This document shows, piece by piece, positions 1 through 12,902 of a stretch of DNA of 64,000 nt. The notes beneath the pieces were generated by a model, which saw only the letters and a list, made by a program, of their open reading frames with translations, did no database searches and was not told the origin of the DNA. Every line of letters starts with the position of its first letter. Within the stretch, counting starts at the first letter, position 1. The position numbers and the translations under genes are program-made. The stretch is from Botryllus schlosseri (taxonomy: Eukaryota): NCBI GenBank assembly GCA_051294905.1, contig CM119377.1, positions 9,796,001 to 9,860,000 on the forward strand, read 5' to 3'.

Positions 1-1361
1 GCTCAACGCCACCGAATTATGATTCCAGTGTAGCCGCATATGTGAACAGCCTTAATGTATACCCAGTTCTGTATTGCAATAAGTAATTTCATATTGAATA
101 ATGAATGAATATAGAGTTTGTTCCTATGTCATGTTGTGAGTGTGTAGGAATTTTTTCTATAGTTTAGCATCGCGTTGCTTTGCGATAGGTACGGATGTAC
201 GTTAATTTACATGCAGGCATGTAATCCTTGATTTACACGGACAGCGTGTAGGCCTGCCGAGTAACAGGTAAAATTAGTCTCGGTCGCGAATGTACAGGAG
301 AACATGTAGATTGGATCTAACGGGGGCTGTGACATTACCGTTTGTCGTGTACAGTGAGATTAAGATATGGGTGTAAGTTAAATTTACATTTACTGACGGT
401 TATGCTATATCACCGCGAAGTGTCTGTCTAGTGTCTATACCGTGCTTTCAAACATTTCGCAGTAAATCGAGGTTATCATTTTTACAGTGAGGATACTACG
501 ATGCTACTATGACATTTACAATCACATTATAATACAGGTTATTGCCGTTGTTGAAACCAGAAAGTTTCAGCAAAATGAAACTCATTCCTAGCTCATAAAC
601 TTTATTTCTCTCAGATGATTTCGTGTCCCCTTTAGATGCTTCCCCGACCCCAGTTTAAGAACCACTGCTCTAGCGCAAAGCTCCTAGTCTGACGATCGCA
701 AAAATAAGGATAGCCGACTTTGAAATCCCAAGCCCCGTTTTATTCGTACAATAATATTTAACACTACAGGGGTGCGATATTAATTATAGAGTTGAAAAGT
801 TTGATGGGACAGTGTGGTGCTCTGGCCCCTTCTCTCTCCTATATCTGTTATGGTATAATACTACATCACGTGACTTATCGCATAGTTATAACCCAGTGCA
901 TATCAAAGATTGACTCAGTGAGACTCATGTACGCTAACCTTCTGCTTATACCCGAATTGATACAACCGTCCGTACAATATATCTGGAAAAGGCAATTGTT
1001 TGTGTCTATTGAACTATACAGTCAAGAACTACACAGGACGTTCGTGTCAGCTACTGCCAGTTAAGTATATACTGTAAGCTGTTATCCGTAGAGCACGGAC
1101 TTGCCGTATACAATCGCAGACTGACAGACCGATCTCCATCCTGCAATTGCTATACAAAAATACATGTCAAGTCAAAAATATTTGAAAATTTGAAAGGTCT
1201 CGTGATCCCTGCCATTAGCTACGTTGCCACACGTTGTCACGCTTCATAAATACCCGTTGTCGTGCCGGAATGCCAAAACACTGTTATCTCAGTGTGTAAA
1301 TCTGTTGGTAAATAACTCGTAAATTATTTTGTTATGTAACAATAATTCAACCACCCGTCTC

Positions 1362-1633
1362 CTCATCGCTAACCTCACTGCCAAAGCAGTGTCTCAAAAA
1401 GCCCAGTATCATGGTGAGCCGTTCCAGGAAGAAGTCGGCAGTAAAGAACAAATCCGGATGTATGAAAGAGAGAGAGACTGAAGTTAGGAGCCCGCGATGA
1501 GTGTGGAAGCCGTCTGGGAAGAATACGAAAGCAAAGATCCTGAACATTACAAATATCATTGTCGTGGGGTACATGACCTTGATAGGCGATAAACACCACC
1601 GTTGTATGTGTTAACAAAACAAACAAACAAACA
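1362..1633 (+). mobile_element. 5'-truncated non-LTR retro-insertion with (AAAC)n tail
   Basis: Flanked by AACCACCC(C)GTCTC direct repeats (1349-1361, 1634-1647) and ends in aaacaaacaaacaaac. The paralog at ~52583 has the empty site. Confidence 0.7.
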
Positions 1634-2737
1634 AACCACCCCGTCTCGTAAGCCATCATCATCGACCACCGCACAATGTCAAGATCTCTGTTTCTCCAGA
1701 CAACTATCTCCTAATTTTTTTCCTTATGTAACGATAAATTCTAGCACCCGAATATAGTAAATATTCATCATCCACCACACAATCAGAATACCAAGCGCAT
1801 CCCTAACGCGCCTCGTAGACATGTGTATTTGCGATTATACTTCTCCCCATGGAGAATTTTTTTATGGATGAATTTTTAAAGTCGAAGAATTCACTTTCCT
1901 CATTATATGCTCGTTGTTTGTGTTTTGCATGCTATCTGCTATTCTCCTAAAATACTTTCGTCCCACACTAATAATACGGTGGACAAGGAATGACAAAAAG
2001 AAGTCCAAGATATGTTGCATTGATAATAATCGACCATGTCGATAATCGGTCGATTATTGGCACTGCTAAATAGCACTTTACCCATTCCCCGAAGCATTCA
2101 GTCTCTAGGGCAAATTTCCTAGTCTGATGATCGCAAAAATATGGCTCAGCAGGATTTTGAAATCCCAAGCCCCGTTTTAGTTATGCAACAATGTTCAACA
2201 CTATAAGAGGGTTGAAAAGATCATTGCTGCAAAAATACAAGATAAGTCAAAAATATTTCGCCATCCAAAAGGAAAGGTTTGGTGACCCCTGACATTAGTT
2301 ACGATGCCACACGTTATCACGTTACGTAAATACCCAATACCGTGCCGGAATGTCAAAATATTCCGACCAAACTAACTCAATATATTTGTTTTTCTTAGCG
2401 TGTAAATCTGTTTCTCGTGACAAATAACTCAAAAAGGATTTGGTTATGTAACAATAATTCAACCAACCCGTCTCGCACACCATCATCATCCACCACCACA
2501 CAATTTCAACATCTCTGTTCTGTCAATGTCTCAATCTGTTACTCCATGTAACTATCTCATAAATCGTTTCCTTATGTAACGATAAATTCTAGCACCAAGT
2601 AAATATTCATCATCCACCACGCAATCAGAATACTAAGTACGTCACTAACGCGCTTCGTAGACTGGTGTATTAGCTATTATATTTTTTCCCGTGAAGTAAG
2701 AAAGATATTTTTATGGACCATTGTATAAAGTAGAAAT

Positions 2738-3040
2738 TTGAATAGTATATTCATATTGAAATGAACCCGAATATTTTCGGCTGACACTCGTCAGGGGTAA
2801 TCGTCAGCAACTAGTAGAGAATTGGAAAGAACATTGTATATCACGTAACACAAAATATGACGTCACCAGCAAGAAATTTCGATTGAGAGAGCGTTCAATG
2901 TACTATTTTTAGGTGATTCACGAACTCCTTTTGTTGACAGAGTTTTGGTTGGTGTCTTTTGATAAAAGTCGACTCCAAGGCACACAAATGGAATTGTGAA
3001 CGGCCCCGCCCAAAGTAGAAATTTGACAACTTGCCGGTGA
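2738..3040 (-). mobile_element. Penelope-like element 3' fragment (GIY-YIG endonuclease C-terminus)
   Basis: Minus strand reads GRGRSQFHLCALESTFIKRHQPKLCQQKEFVNHLKIVH*. Homologous to 14810-15160. Confidence 0.7.
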
Positions 3041-3940
3041 TTTCACTTTCCTGAGTATTACTTGTTGTATGTGTTTTGCATGCTATCTGCTATTCTCGTA
3101 AAATACTTCCAACCCCACACAAATAATATGATAAAAGTACGGAATGAAAAAATAAGCTCGAAGATACGTTGCGTTGATAATCGCGCTTGATGTTAATATG
3201 TCGTTTAAAATTTCTTATTTGTCTCGGACCACCCTGAAACAGTTTACAAAAAAGCGGCGATCATTATTTTCTACGGAGCAAAATCCATGCCTGACACGTA
3301 TATCGCGGTATGGCTAAAGAGCATGACTTAATCGAATAGTGATTACATTGATGATATAACCAACGTATATGCTGACATTGTCAATTTATAATCACCCCAG
3401 TTTACAGACATTACAGCGCAGTATCAGTGGTGCTGTAGATGTCCCTTGAATCGCGATTTGTCAGGATGTCGGTCACGACGGTTACGACGGTTACGCTATA
3501 CCGAAATCGGGTCTGACTCCGACTAACGACCCAGTTTTCAGTTTTAAGATAACAACTCTGTACTAATTCTGTAAGCGTAATTGCCACTTCGACTCTTACT
3601 CAAAATTCTGACTCAAAATTCCAATACGAGCTGTATTAGAAAACTATCCAATTGCTTATCGTGAAAATTTGATTGCCACTCAAGTAACCGAAAATGACCC
3701 GAATCCCGACTCCGACAATTATAGTGACTATGCAGCCCTGTTGCGCTCACGTCGTCGTAGCGACATGACGGAAAATTTCAGATGGTCAGCTATCTCGCTA
3801 AACCGAGTAAATTCATTATTCGTCAATCAAAATTTTCTGCCAGATTCTAGCTTTCATCGCATTCATCGCGCAGGCCATACTGTTCGGAAAAAGTCACTTG
3901 CTGGAAACAGAGATACAGCTGGGGTGATGACAGTAAATAA

Positions 3941-4024
3941 TAAGGATGGTGTGGGCATGGTTGACGTTCGCGTTCGGTGTGCGAACCGCAGAAATTTGGA
4001 GGTTCGCGTTCACAAACCATCCTT
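3941..4024. mobile_element. Mini internally deleted copy of the TAGGGATGGTGTG MITE family
   Basis: aaggatggt...accatcctt ends. Internal gttcgcgtt...cagaaatt(t)ggaggtt resembles the ends of 39088-40088. Confidence 0.45.
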
Positions 4025-5845
4025 GGTGGATTCTACAAAAGCATAGACATGGCAACAAACAAGATTTGAGCCTGAATATGGAAACAGTGAATTTTAATTT
4101 TAATCTTTACGGCATAGTTTGCTGTATTGGCTTTATTGTGAACCTGGATTAGCCTACTCCCACGACGTTTACGTAGGCTACGTAATCGCGTTACTTAAAT
4201 AAATTAGACTTCATTCTAAATGCAGTTCTGGATCAGTTTATACAGTATATTTTTTGTCCGGGCATTAACATTAATGAATATGTTTTCTGGTCTAAATTCC
4301 CACGAACGTTTCGCGGGCCGCACAATACCCAGGTCTGCACCAACGCATGAAACAGTGCTGCTATAGAATTTTGAGTTGGGTTTCGTTTGCGACTTGTTTT
4401 GAAGCAAATAACTTGGGATTACCTGCTTGGGATTACCTGATCACGATCACATAAATCGATTCGGCCTACTAATACATGTCACTTCATTTTCATTGCTTGA
4501 CCATCATATGTTTACTATTGTCATTTTTCATTCGGTGTGCGGCATGATGCCTGATATTTAACTTTTTATTTTTTAGTCATGTTTAAGGTGGGTGTTTGAT
4601 TTCATTCACCATTCCAAACCGTTTCGATTTATTCCAATCGCATTTAATCGCAATCTTGTGGTGTTTTGAATTGATGAAATTTCAATAAACAGAGCAAAAC
4701 TGAACTGTATCATATTTTGAAAACAACAGAGCAGTCGGATTTTCGTTCGAAATGTGTATAGAATATCAGTTTACTTTTTAAACAATCATATAATATTCCC
4801 AGTTCATTTTGCTAAAGCGTATAACGCTGAGTCAGGAATACATGATACCGCACCGTGAAACAAAGAATGGATTCCCAAGTGAAGATACTGTATATTAATA
4901 TACTGTACAATCCTTTTCTGAAAAGCGTCAAGATTTTAACCTCAGTATTCTTCACAATGCTTTTGGGAAGTATAGGATTATGGTCCTTCTCTTCGATGAA
5001 AACGGTAAATCGCAACAAGCTTGCAATCGACAACTATACGATGTAATGGCTGCTTATCGTCTTTTATAAGTCTTCCTTGATTTGGCACCTTCATATAAAA
5101 AGAGAAGAATTAGCATTCTCCAAAATTGTACTTTGAACAGACACTGGAATGTAAAGTAGACGTCATAATTCCTTGTAATAATTGCTTACATTTAGTAACT
5201 TTTTTTGAAATCATCAAGAGCCAATGCCATGGACGAGGGATCCATGGACCCATCACCCTGATATGCTGTAAATCTCGAAAATAATTTTTCGATTTCAGTG
5301 CAACTAGACGCATTATACAAATGAAATTTCTAAGTCCCGCAAAAAGATCCCTTTTACTGGCAAATTCTTGTCGAGCAAATAATGAATTGTAAATCAGAGT
5401 CCACTTCAATAACTTTTCAAGGCGACCGCAACTGAATCTCTTGTCGCGTTTAGTATTGGAAGTGGGTGTAACTGTAATTAAGTAAGAAGTTTGTGTGTTT
5501 CGAATGAGCAATACTGTGTATTTCGGTTGAACTGATGCTATGCGGTTCCCTTGGTATACAAATAACAAGATAACTTGGCGGAGGTCTGCACTCCAGCTCT
5601 CGAGCGATGACCAATCCCAAGGTCAATTTCGAAGTATCTGTAGTATGGATTATTAGCACTGTCGATATCACTGAATAGGTATGATAGATTCTATCCCTAA
5701 AATAAACATCCAATGTTTATTCGCTATATTTATTGCCGTCATTGCAAGACAGCCACACGAATATTTCAAAATTCTAGCACTGACACTCAAGTACTCTCTA
5801 AATATATCCTGAGATTACGTGGGGGCAGTAAGCTTTCCACTATTC

Positions 5846-6957
5846 CAGGGGTGGGCAAACTACGGCCCGCGGGCCGCATGCGGCCCGCCAAGCCGTTTTG
5901 TGCGGCCCGCGAGAGTCTAAATAAACTTTTTCAAAATTTTGATAAAATGCGTACTAAAAATTGAATTAATGCAGGGATTTGATTAACTTTTCTTATTATA
6001 TGTCACCATGATAATTCTAGGACAGTGGTTTTCAAACTGGTGGGCGCACCCCCTTGGGGGCGTGAAAGCATCTGAAACGGGCGCGAAGCTGAGCTCGACT
6101 GAAAAAAATTTTCGCGCTACGCGCGATTTTCTTCCAATTCAATGTTATTGCTATGTATTTAGTCTGAATTACATATTTAAAAAGCTCTCATCCACAGTCG
6201 TAACCTTCCATGCCATCAAACTACCCGTTAGGTTTGCTACCATCCTGGTTGCGTTTTGTGATATGACGATAAGAGGCTGCGAAATATTTGACCATCATAA
6301 GGAGGGGGGCGTGTCTTAAAAAGTTGGAGAACCACTGATCTAAGGTAAATACTTAATATCACAGCGGGATAGCTGCAACAAGATTGACATAATTTGGATC
6401 ACCAGTGAGATTTTAGATTGCCCACTTCATTTTTAATTATTTCAGTGATGTGCTTATAAAAAACCGATTCGGGCGTGTCTTAAGCACATTCGTTGTCTGT
6501 ATGCGTGGAATGGGGGTATCTATATTTTATCTACACATAGTAGAAGCGTGTTTGAAGCTAACATGGTTATGATGCTGTTAGCATTGTGTGTCCTGGAACT
6601 GAGCCAAAAGTGGAATTAGTAAATCTATGAACAGATCACTGCTCACAGATTTATATTTCAATCCTATTCTAAGAATCGGGCAAACGGCCTTTTATCTTTA
6701 TAGTTTTGACAAATTGGTTATTGAGGTCCGCCTGCCTATGAAATCTCGCCACTGTATGTTTCTGACGCGTGTACGATATCATCAAAGCAATATTTGGCTT
6801 GTTTTAAATAAGCACATATATTGTCTCCACGTCCTCACTATATAATCACATATCAATATTATGTTTTGGGTTATAATCCCAATTTTATATAGTGCGGCCC
6901 GCGAATGAATTCAGATGTTGAATGCGGCCCGCGAGCTCAAAAGTTTGCCCACCCCTG
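5846..6957. mobile_element. hAT-type MITE (CAGGGGTGGGCAAACT TIR)
   Basis: TIRs at both ends and a perfect 8-bp TSD CACTATTC. Empty site in block B at ~53875. Confidence 0.9.
6023..6337. mobile_element. Nested hAT-type MITE (CAGTGGTTTTCAAACT...GAGAACCACTG)
   Basis: TIRs present. A second family copy lies at 44109-44410. TSD is degenerate. Confidence 0.8.
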
Positions 6958-7016
6958 CACTATTCTAATTTTATTATGCTCGCGACGGGGCAGTGATCCT
7001 CTATGTACAATGCTTT

Positions 7017-7704
7017 GAGTCCGTCTATTTTGTGCATGTCGACTATGTAGGCTATGTCGCAGCTATATGTCTACAATGGTCGGGGAGATGGATATTAGGG
7101 TTGGAGAGGGAAGTATTAGGGTTGGGGAGGGGATATTAGGGTTGAATGGGAGGGTATTAGGTGTGGAGCTGGGGATATTAGGGTTGGGGTGGGGGATATT
7201 GGGGTTGGAGGCGGATTAGGGTCAAAGTTGAGGTTAGGGTATAACAATATTAGGGGATGGAGTACCGTAATATTAGGGTTGGAGTGGGGGTCACGATACT
7301 CTCAACCCTAATATCCGTAACCCCCAACCATTATCTAGGGAGACCCTCACCCCAACCCCCCTACTACCCTAATCTTGGGATACCCCTACCTTAACCTTGA
7401 CCCAAACCCACCTCCGACCCTGTTATCCCCTTCTCCAACCCGAATACTCCCTCCCCAACCCTAATATCCCTCTCCCCCAACCCTAATATCCCTTTACCTC
7501 CACCCTAATATTCCCCTTCCCCAACCCGACCATAGTCGACATAACTGATACATAGCCGACATAACTGATACATAGCCGACATAGTCGACATGGCTGCGTC
7601 ATAGCCGACATAGCCGACATAGCTGCGACATAGCCGACATAGTCGACATAGCCGACATAGTCGATATAGTCGACATAGTCGACATGCACAAAGTAGACGG
7701 ACCC
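7017..7704. mobile_element. Foldback/MULE-like palindromic element with TTAGGG-containing subrepeats
   Basis: TIR gtccgtcta.tttgtgcatgtcgactat. Contains a G-rich arm (atattagggttgggg)n, its complementary C-rich arm and (catagccga)n repeats. Flanks CAATGCTTT/GAATTCTTT (7/9). Absent in block B. Confidence 0.75.
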
Positions 7705-10700
7705 GAATTCTTTTCAGGAAATAACCGAATGAAATTAGGGGGTTGTGAATACTTCATTGCTCCCCAATACAAAATGAATTATGATTCAACCGCAGTTCAC
7801 AAACTGGAATAACATTATGCTGTTCAATAAAGTAATAAAGTCCCTTTCGTCTCTCATCGGCAGCAAAGGAATGCATGTCGTTGTCCATGTCGAAATAGGG
7901 AATGTCGCCGACGTTCGTAGAACTGGCGTTAGTCATTCTTTTGCATCTCTAAGCATCCCATTATTGCGGCACCGTGAAAAGACAAGATGGCCTCAAAGGA
8001 ATTTGGCGATGCTAAAAACACAGATACAACAGCAGGTTACAACATTGAACATTGAAGTATGGCGGAGAGGATGGCAAAATTTGTTACCACCGATATAATA
8101 ACACAAAATTGGCGAACACAAGTATATCCAGGAGTGGGCAACACATCCACCCTGTCGCATTTCCAAAAGAGCCTTTTTTAAGCAAGACCAAGATGAACAG
8201 AATAACAGAAACACATCATACACACGGAGAAACAATACTTTTTCTGTCATAATAGAAACTGTCACACGCTCGACGATCGTGGTAAAATGAAATAACAAAC
8301 AAATGTTTCAACTTGGTAAAATTTTGTGACATAACCAATTGAACTCTATTGTGAACTTGAAATCGTCACTTTTCTCGACGCGCGAAGAGAACAATAATAT
8401 GAAGAGTTGCAGGCCTTTACATCGGCGGAGTCACGATACGAGGCTGTTGCCTTATACTAGTCGGTCAACACTCCGCAATGGAATTGAGTCGAGGTAGATC
8501 CCAAACCAAAAAGTTATCATAATAGGCCGAAGAATAAATATGTTTTCGATACCCGGTCTACGATGTTTGAAACGCTGTATAACGCCGAATTTGGGCTTAT
8601 GGTATAATAAAGTTCTATACCCCCAAGAAGATCTTCTGTTTTGAGAATAACAACCAGAAGATACTGGCCATACCTAAATAAATGCTACAACTTTGTGTCG
8701 TGTCAGTGTTATCCGGCCACGGGGGCATCGTTCTTGCTATGCATATCAGACAAAGCAGCTGATGTACCCTTCAAAGTTGTTCCTCGACTCATGCACCCGT
8801 GTCAGGTCAAGCTATACATAAATTGCGTGTGTCAACTAAACAAAAAAGGTTATCAGTGTCATCTGCCTTTCAAATTATGAGAAAATTGTTCAGACTGATT
8901 AATATAATGTGTACTGACAAAAAAGCGGCCAAAAATTGGCCCATTACAGAGCCTGATTACTAAAATTAGCTCGACAAAATCACGAGTTTTATCCACAGGA
9001 TGTTAACCACAGATGTCACCCTGTTCACCCTTTTGTACTGGTACACCCCATGTACATTTTTCTGCATCGTGGGGTGCACTGTGCGCACCGGTTGAAGAGC
9101 ACTAGCCTAAAGAACTGGGCTAGGGACAGTACGGAGTGTGTTTTAAGTCTATAAATTTTAACGTCGCAATTTCTTGACGAATAGGAACATAGTTGCGTAT
9201 TATCGGAAGTTGTACAGTTTCGAATCGTATGGAACGATCTTGCTCGTGGCTGATCTCGCTCCGTTCTAAGATTCCTGCTGATATGCGCTCGATGGTAACT
9301 CAAAATAGGCCGATTTGAACTCCGCGTCGGTGCCGTTGTTTTGCTTTGGACTCCTATCGCTGTTATACCAAAAACGAAATAGGCCAATAACAACGGGAAA
9401 TGTGTACATACATGTACTTATTATAATTGAAGATAATTAATGCAATTGTTGAATTCCTCATTTTTATGATTGAATATTAGGCGTGAACCTTCGGGTAATT
9501 TCCATACCAGTTGGAACTTTTATTACAACATACCGAGAGGCAGACAATTTCGCTGACATATCAGGCAACTTGAAAAACGATAATAAAAAGAAGATTGATT
9601 GTTTTTACAACTTCTGATCAAGGTCGCAATCCTCCCTTGCGATGAAAATTCAATGTATTCTATCACAGTAAAAATATGATTATTAATAGTAGTAACATCT
9701 TGATAGTAGCGCTTATAAGATCACGGGTTTTGTGCGGCACGTCTGTAAAAGTATAGGTCGAAGTATTGATGTTTGACGAATAGACTGCACTAATTCTCTT
9801 CGACACCGCGTGAATTTACATAATTTCGCCATCTGTAAATGTTTTGAAACGATGGATGAATACAATCTAGGTGCTAGCCTACTGTTAACTCACAATTCCC
9901 CGATTCAGAGGGAATCTATTCAATAGTATCCGCTATTGAAATTCCCGAAGCATTGCGTTTAAGGAACATTAATTCCATCAAGCAGTGGCGGCTCGTGACA
10001 ATATCGGGTGGTGGGGCAAGGGCTGCAAGCGACTTTTTATCAAGATGACGTCACAATGGCGTTTTCCAACGTAAACAAGTAACTTAATGATGGTACGGTA
10101 ACATGAATTTCCCGGCAACAATGATTTTAACGTATGTGCCACGAGAGGTCCGCTGGTGAGCTGTGACTTGAAGTGTGGTAACTGCGTAAACGGCGTACGG
10201 AACAAAGATTCAACACGGTTCATGTTCGCATTAGACCTGACTAATTATCTGCAGAAATGGAAATGACTATAACTCGAGAGATAGCGTAAGCCTAATTGGA
10301 AAGGTCAACGAATTCGGACAGATACGCAATTGTTATCTCATAGATTGGGCCTGTCCTATTGAATCCAAAACATCATTCTAAAGAACTAAGAATAGCAGCC
10401 TCGGAAATTTGGTCTCGGTAGTCGGTACAGCATAAGAGATTTTGGCCTTGAAACTGCAGACTGTAACACGACACATACGTTTTTATTACTGTCTTATAGG
10501 TCTGCTGCGAAATCGCCTTTGGAAAATATATTACCGAATAAATACGTGGATGAAAGCCTTAAACTTGGTACACTGTTACATGACATTATCGAGAAGTGGC
10601 CTCATGGCCCTTTTCGGTATGGTACACTGTCAAAATTAATGCGAACAGACCAACACCGAATTCTGCGTAAAATTTACTGAGGAATAGGCTGATCAAGTGA

Positions 10701-10739
10701 TCAGCTGTTAGCCGCCATCGAAAACCTAATAACTATCGC

Positions 10740-11709
10740 GCTTGACAGGGGGTTGTAAGCAAAGGGCTTGAAGACCACAATTTCACGGTGAAATTGACAT
10801 TGGAGAATATAATATCAAAGTAAATATTTGAATGCAAACTGAGAATGATATCATCATCTCAGTTAACGTTACCGCAGATACACCGGCTTTTGGGTGAAAT
10901 CCGCAATGTGTTGTAGGCTAAAGTGTCAGATCGGAGCACATCTTTACCATACTCGACCTTGATAACGAAATTACTGCCCTAATCATTGAGTGTCAACCTT
11001 GAGACTTGGCACAGCGTTCGATACTAAAATCAAGACATACCGTACAAAAGCTTATGACGGATCTAGGTAAGGAGCATCGTTAAAATCAATAGAGACCAAT
11101 ACCGGCTTTGCGTATAATCTGTTAGCGATAAATGACGAGTCTGCTCTCACTCGAATTAGGAAACGAAATTACCACTAACACAGTTCAGTGACAAACTTAA
11201 AACTTGGTACAGCGTTCGATACTAACATTAAGACTTACCGTGCCAAATGTCATAACCGATCTCAGTATTGAACATCGTCAAAACCAATGGATACCATTAC
11301 CGGCTTTTGAGTAAAATCTGTTTGCGATGCATGACGGATCAGCACACACTCAACTTCGGAAACGGAATTACTACCCTAAACTTTAAGTAGAAACCCTGAA
11401 ACTTGGGGCAGTGTTAAATACCACCATCACGACATGACATAACAAGTTTCAAGAGTTTTCATGGTGTGAAACCCCATTAAAATCGACCTATACCAGCAGA
11501 GGTCGACTAAACGCATATGACGGTAACAGAGTTTAGCTATAGATACGATTGTTACATCACACCTTAAGGGCACAGAGCTATCGTGCCCCGGTTGCTCGGT
11601 AATTTTATGAATAGGAGAGAGTAAATCACCGTTTCTTTATTGGGCGCGGCTTTGAGAGAATAGATAGTGAAAGCTTGTTATGAGCGCTACCGGGGCAAGC
11701 CCCGGCTAG
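10740..11709 (+). mobile_element. Probable non-autonomous Helitron/Helentron with ~200-bp internal tandem repeats
   Basis: Three diverged units (accggcttt at 10884, 11101, 11299; ...aaacttgg.acagcgttcgatacta). GC hairpin CCGGGGC-AA-GCCCCGG (11690-11705) is followed by CTAG. Lies in a block-A-specific insertion (~9935-11928). Confidence 0.45.
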
Positions 11710-12281
11710 GCATTCGCAAAGCGAAAACACAGAAGAGAATTCGATTTTCGCAGAGACTTCGCTATATATGGGCGTTTACAAGCGAAAGGACAAGAAGTAT
11801 ACGATTTTCGCTGTGATTTCGGTTTATATAGATAGGTGTGCGTCTATACATGGTAAAGAATTGTTATTTAACAGAATTTTAGGTGGGGCAATGCCCCAGT
11901 TGCCCTATAGGACGAGCCGCCACTGCCATCAAGTATACGGTTTTGATTGTAATTGTAAATGATTTCACGATGGCCACAATCGTGTCTTACAATGTTGCGA
12001 TCCTATCCCATGAATATAACACTGAATTATTTTGTATCCTTTGGAGAATAGCCGATAGAGCAGTGTGAGTAAACGTAATAATATCGTGGTTACAGTTGAC
12101 GGTAATAGCGACCTGCTCGCGGCAGTTCGTAGGAAAAATCAACCGTCCAAGGCTATTTTTCAACTTAATTTATCCTTCACAATGTCCTGCCTATATGTCT
12201 CGTATTGGAAATTTAATTTCCTTCTATACTTTCGTCAAGCGTGACATCGTAGGCTAAAGCTGTCTCAGTTTTGGAAATGCG

Positions 12282-12289
12282 CATAAAAA
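12282..12289 (+). promoter_or_regulatory. TATA-like element of gene 1
   Basis: CATAAAAA about 80 nt upstream of the ATG, conserved at 59691-59698 in gene 2. Confidence 0.45.
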
Positions 12290-12363
12290 CGTGGCGCACG
12301 GCGGCAGGTGAGCAGAATCGCTTCTGCGCAATAGCTGTATTCTTGGCTATATACTTGGACAAT

Positions 12364-12479
12364 ATGAAGTCTTTAATGTCATCAATCTTACTCGCGACAT
12401 GTGTCGCAATGCTTCTACACTCATTAACACAATGCGAAGCAAGGGTTCGCAGGACGAACATCCAAAGGTTTTATGGAAG
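12364..12479 (+). CDS. Secreted peptide precursor gene 1, exon 1 (signal peptide + RVRR)
   Basis: Reads MKSLMSSILLATCVAMLLHSLTQCEARVRRTNIQRFYG plus AG, followed by GTGAGT donor (phase 2). Hydrophobic core ends in C-E-A. The paralog at 59769 differs by 8/116 nt with no indels. Confidence 0.88.
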
Positions 12480-12777
12480 GTGAGTACTGGGTATACCAGA
12501 GATGTTCACACTTATGTTTGTAAATAAAATAGTCCTGAAACTGCTGATAATAACTATCGCCATACCGGTGACACTACGCAATGTAGCTCGTCAGAGATGG
12601 ATATGCGGTATAGACTTCTTACAGACGTGTGAGGCAAACTATATTCTAATCACTTCATTATACATTACATGAAGTCATGTTGAAGCTATCTTATTTCGAT
12701 CAATATGTTTATATGTAAATCATCACTTGATTTCATTACTGCATACTGTATATAATGTGTTCATTTTCTTATTTTAG

Positions 12778-12902
12778 CTTTGCAAACTCAGTGGTTCGCA
12801 ATTGCCGACCTCTCATGCGAGCGTCGTGCCACAGAGTTATTTACAAATGCAAAATCGGCGTTTTCCGACGAAAAAGAAACATTAACTCGGGATATGGTCG
12901 AG
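12778..12902 (+). CDS. Secreted peptide precursor gene 1, exon 2 (cationic Cys core + RRKR)
   Basis: ttttcttattttag acceptor and GTGAGA donor. Reads (S)FANSVVRNCRPLMRASCHRVIYKCKIGVFRRKRNINSGYGR, phase 2 to phase 1, in frame with exon 1. The paralog differs by 11/125 nt with no indels. Confidence 0.88.

Larger units (their letters stand above)
668..3185 (+). repeat. Local diverged tandem duplication (units ~668-2050 and ~2103-3185)
   Basis: Shared anchors include ctagtctga.gatcgcaaaaat...gaaatcccaagccccgtttt (686/2119), gtcaaaaatattt, cgtgccggaatg, cttatgtaacgataaattctagcacc and gttttgcatgctatctgctattctc. Confidence 0.85.

Noticed and set aside
4812-5713. Several minus-strand ORFs (up to 152 aa) with counterparts at 52840-53712
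   Set aside because: Frameshifts and stops differ between copies, and I see no synonymous bias or recognisable domain.
7483-7689. ORF HVDYVDYIDYVGY…
   Set aside because: Translation of the foldback's internal 9-mer repeats.
9025-9393. Minus-strand ORF with a similar ORF at 58266-58697
   Set aside because: The middle parts are in different frames between paralogs. The similarity is what neutral DNA duplication would give.
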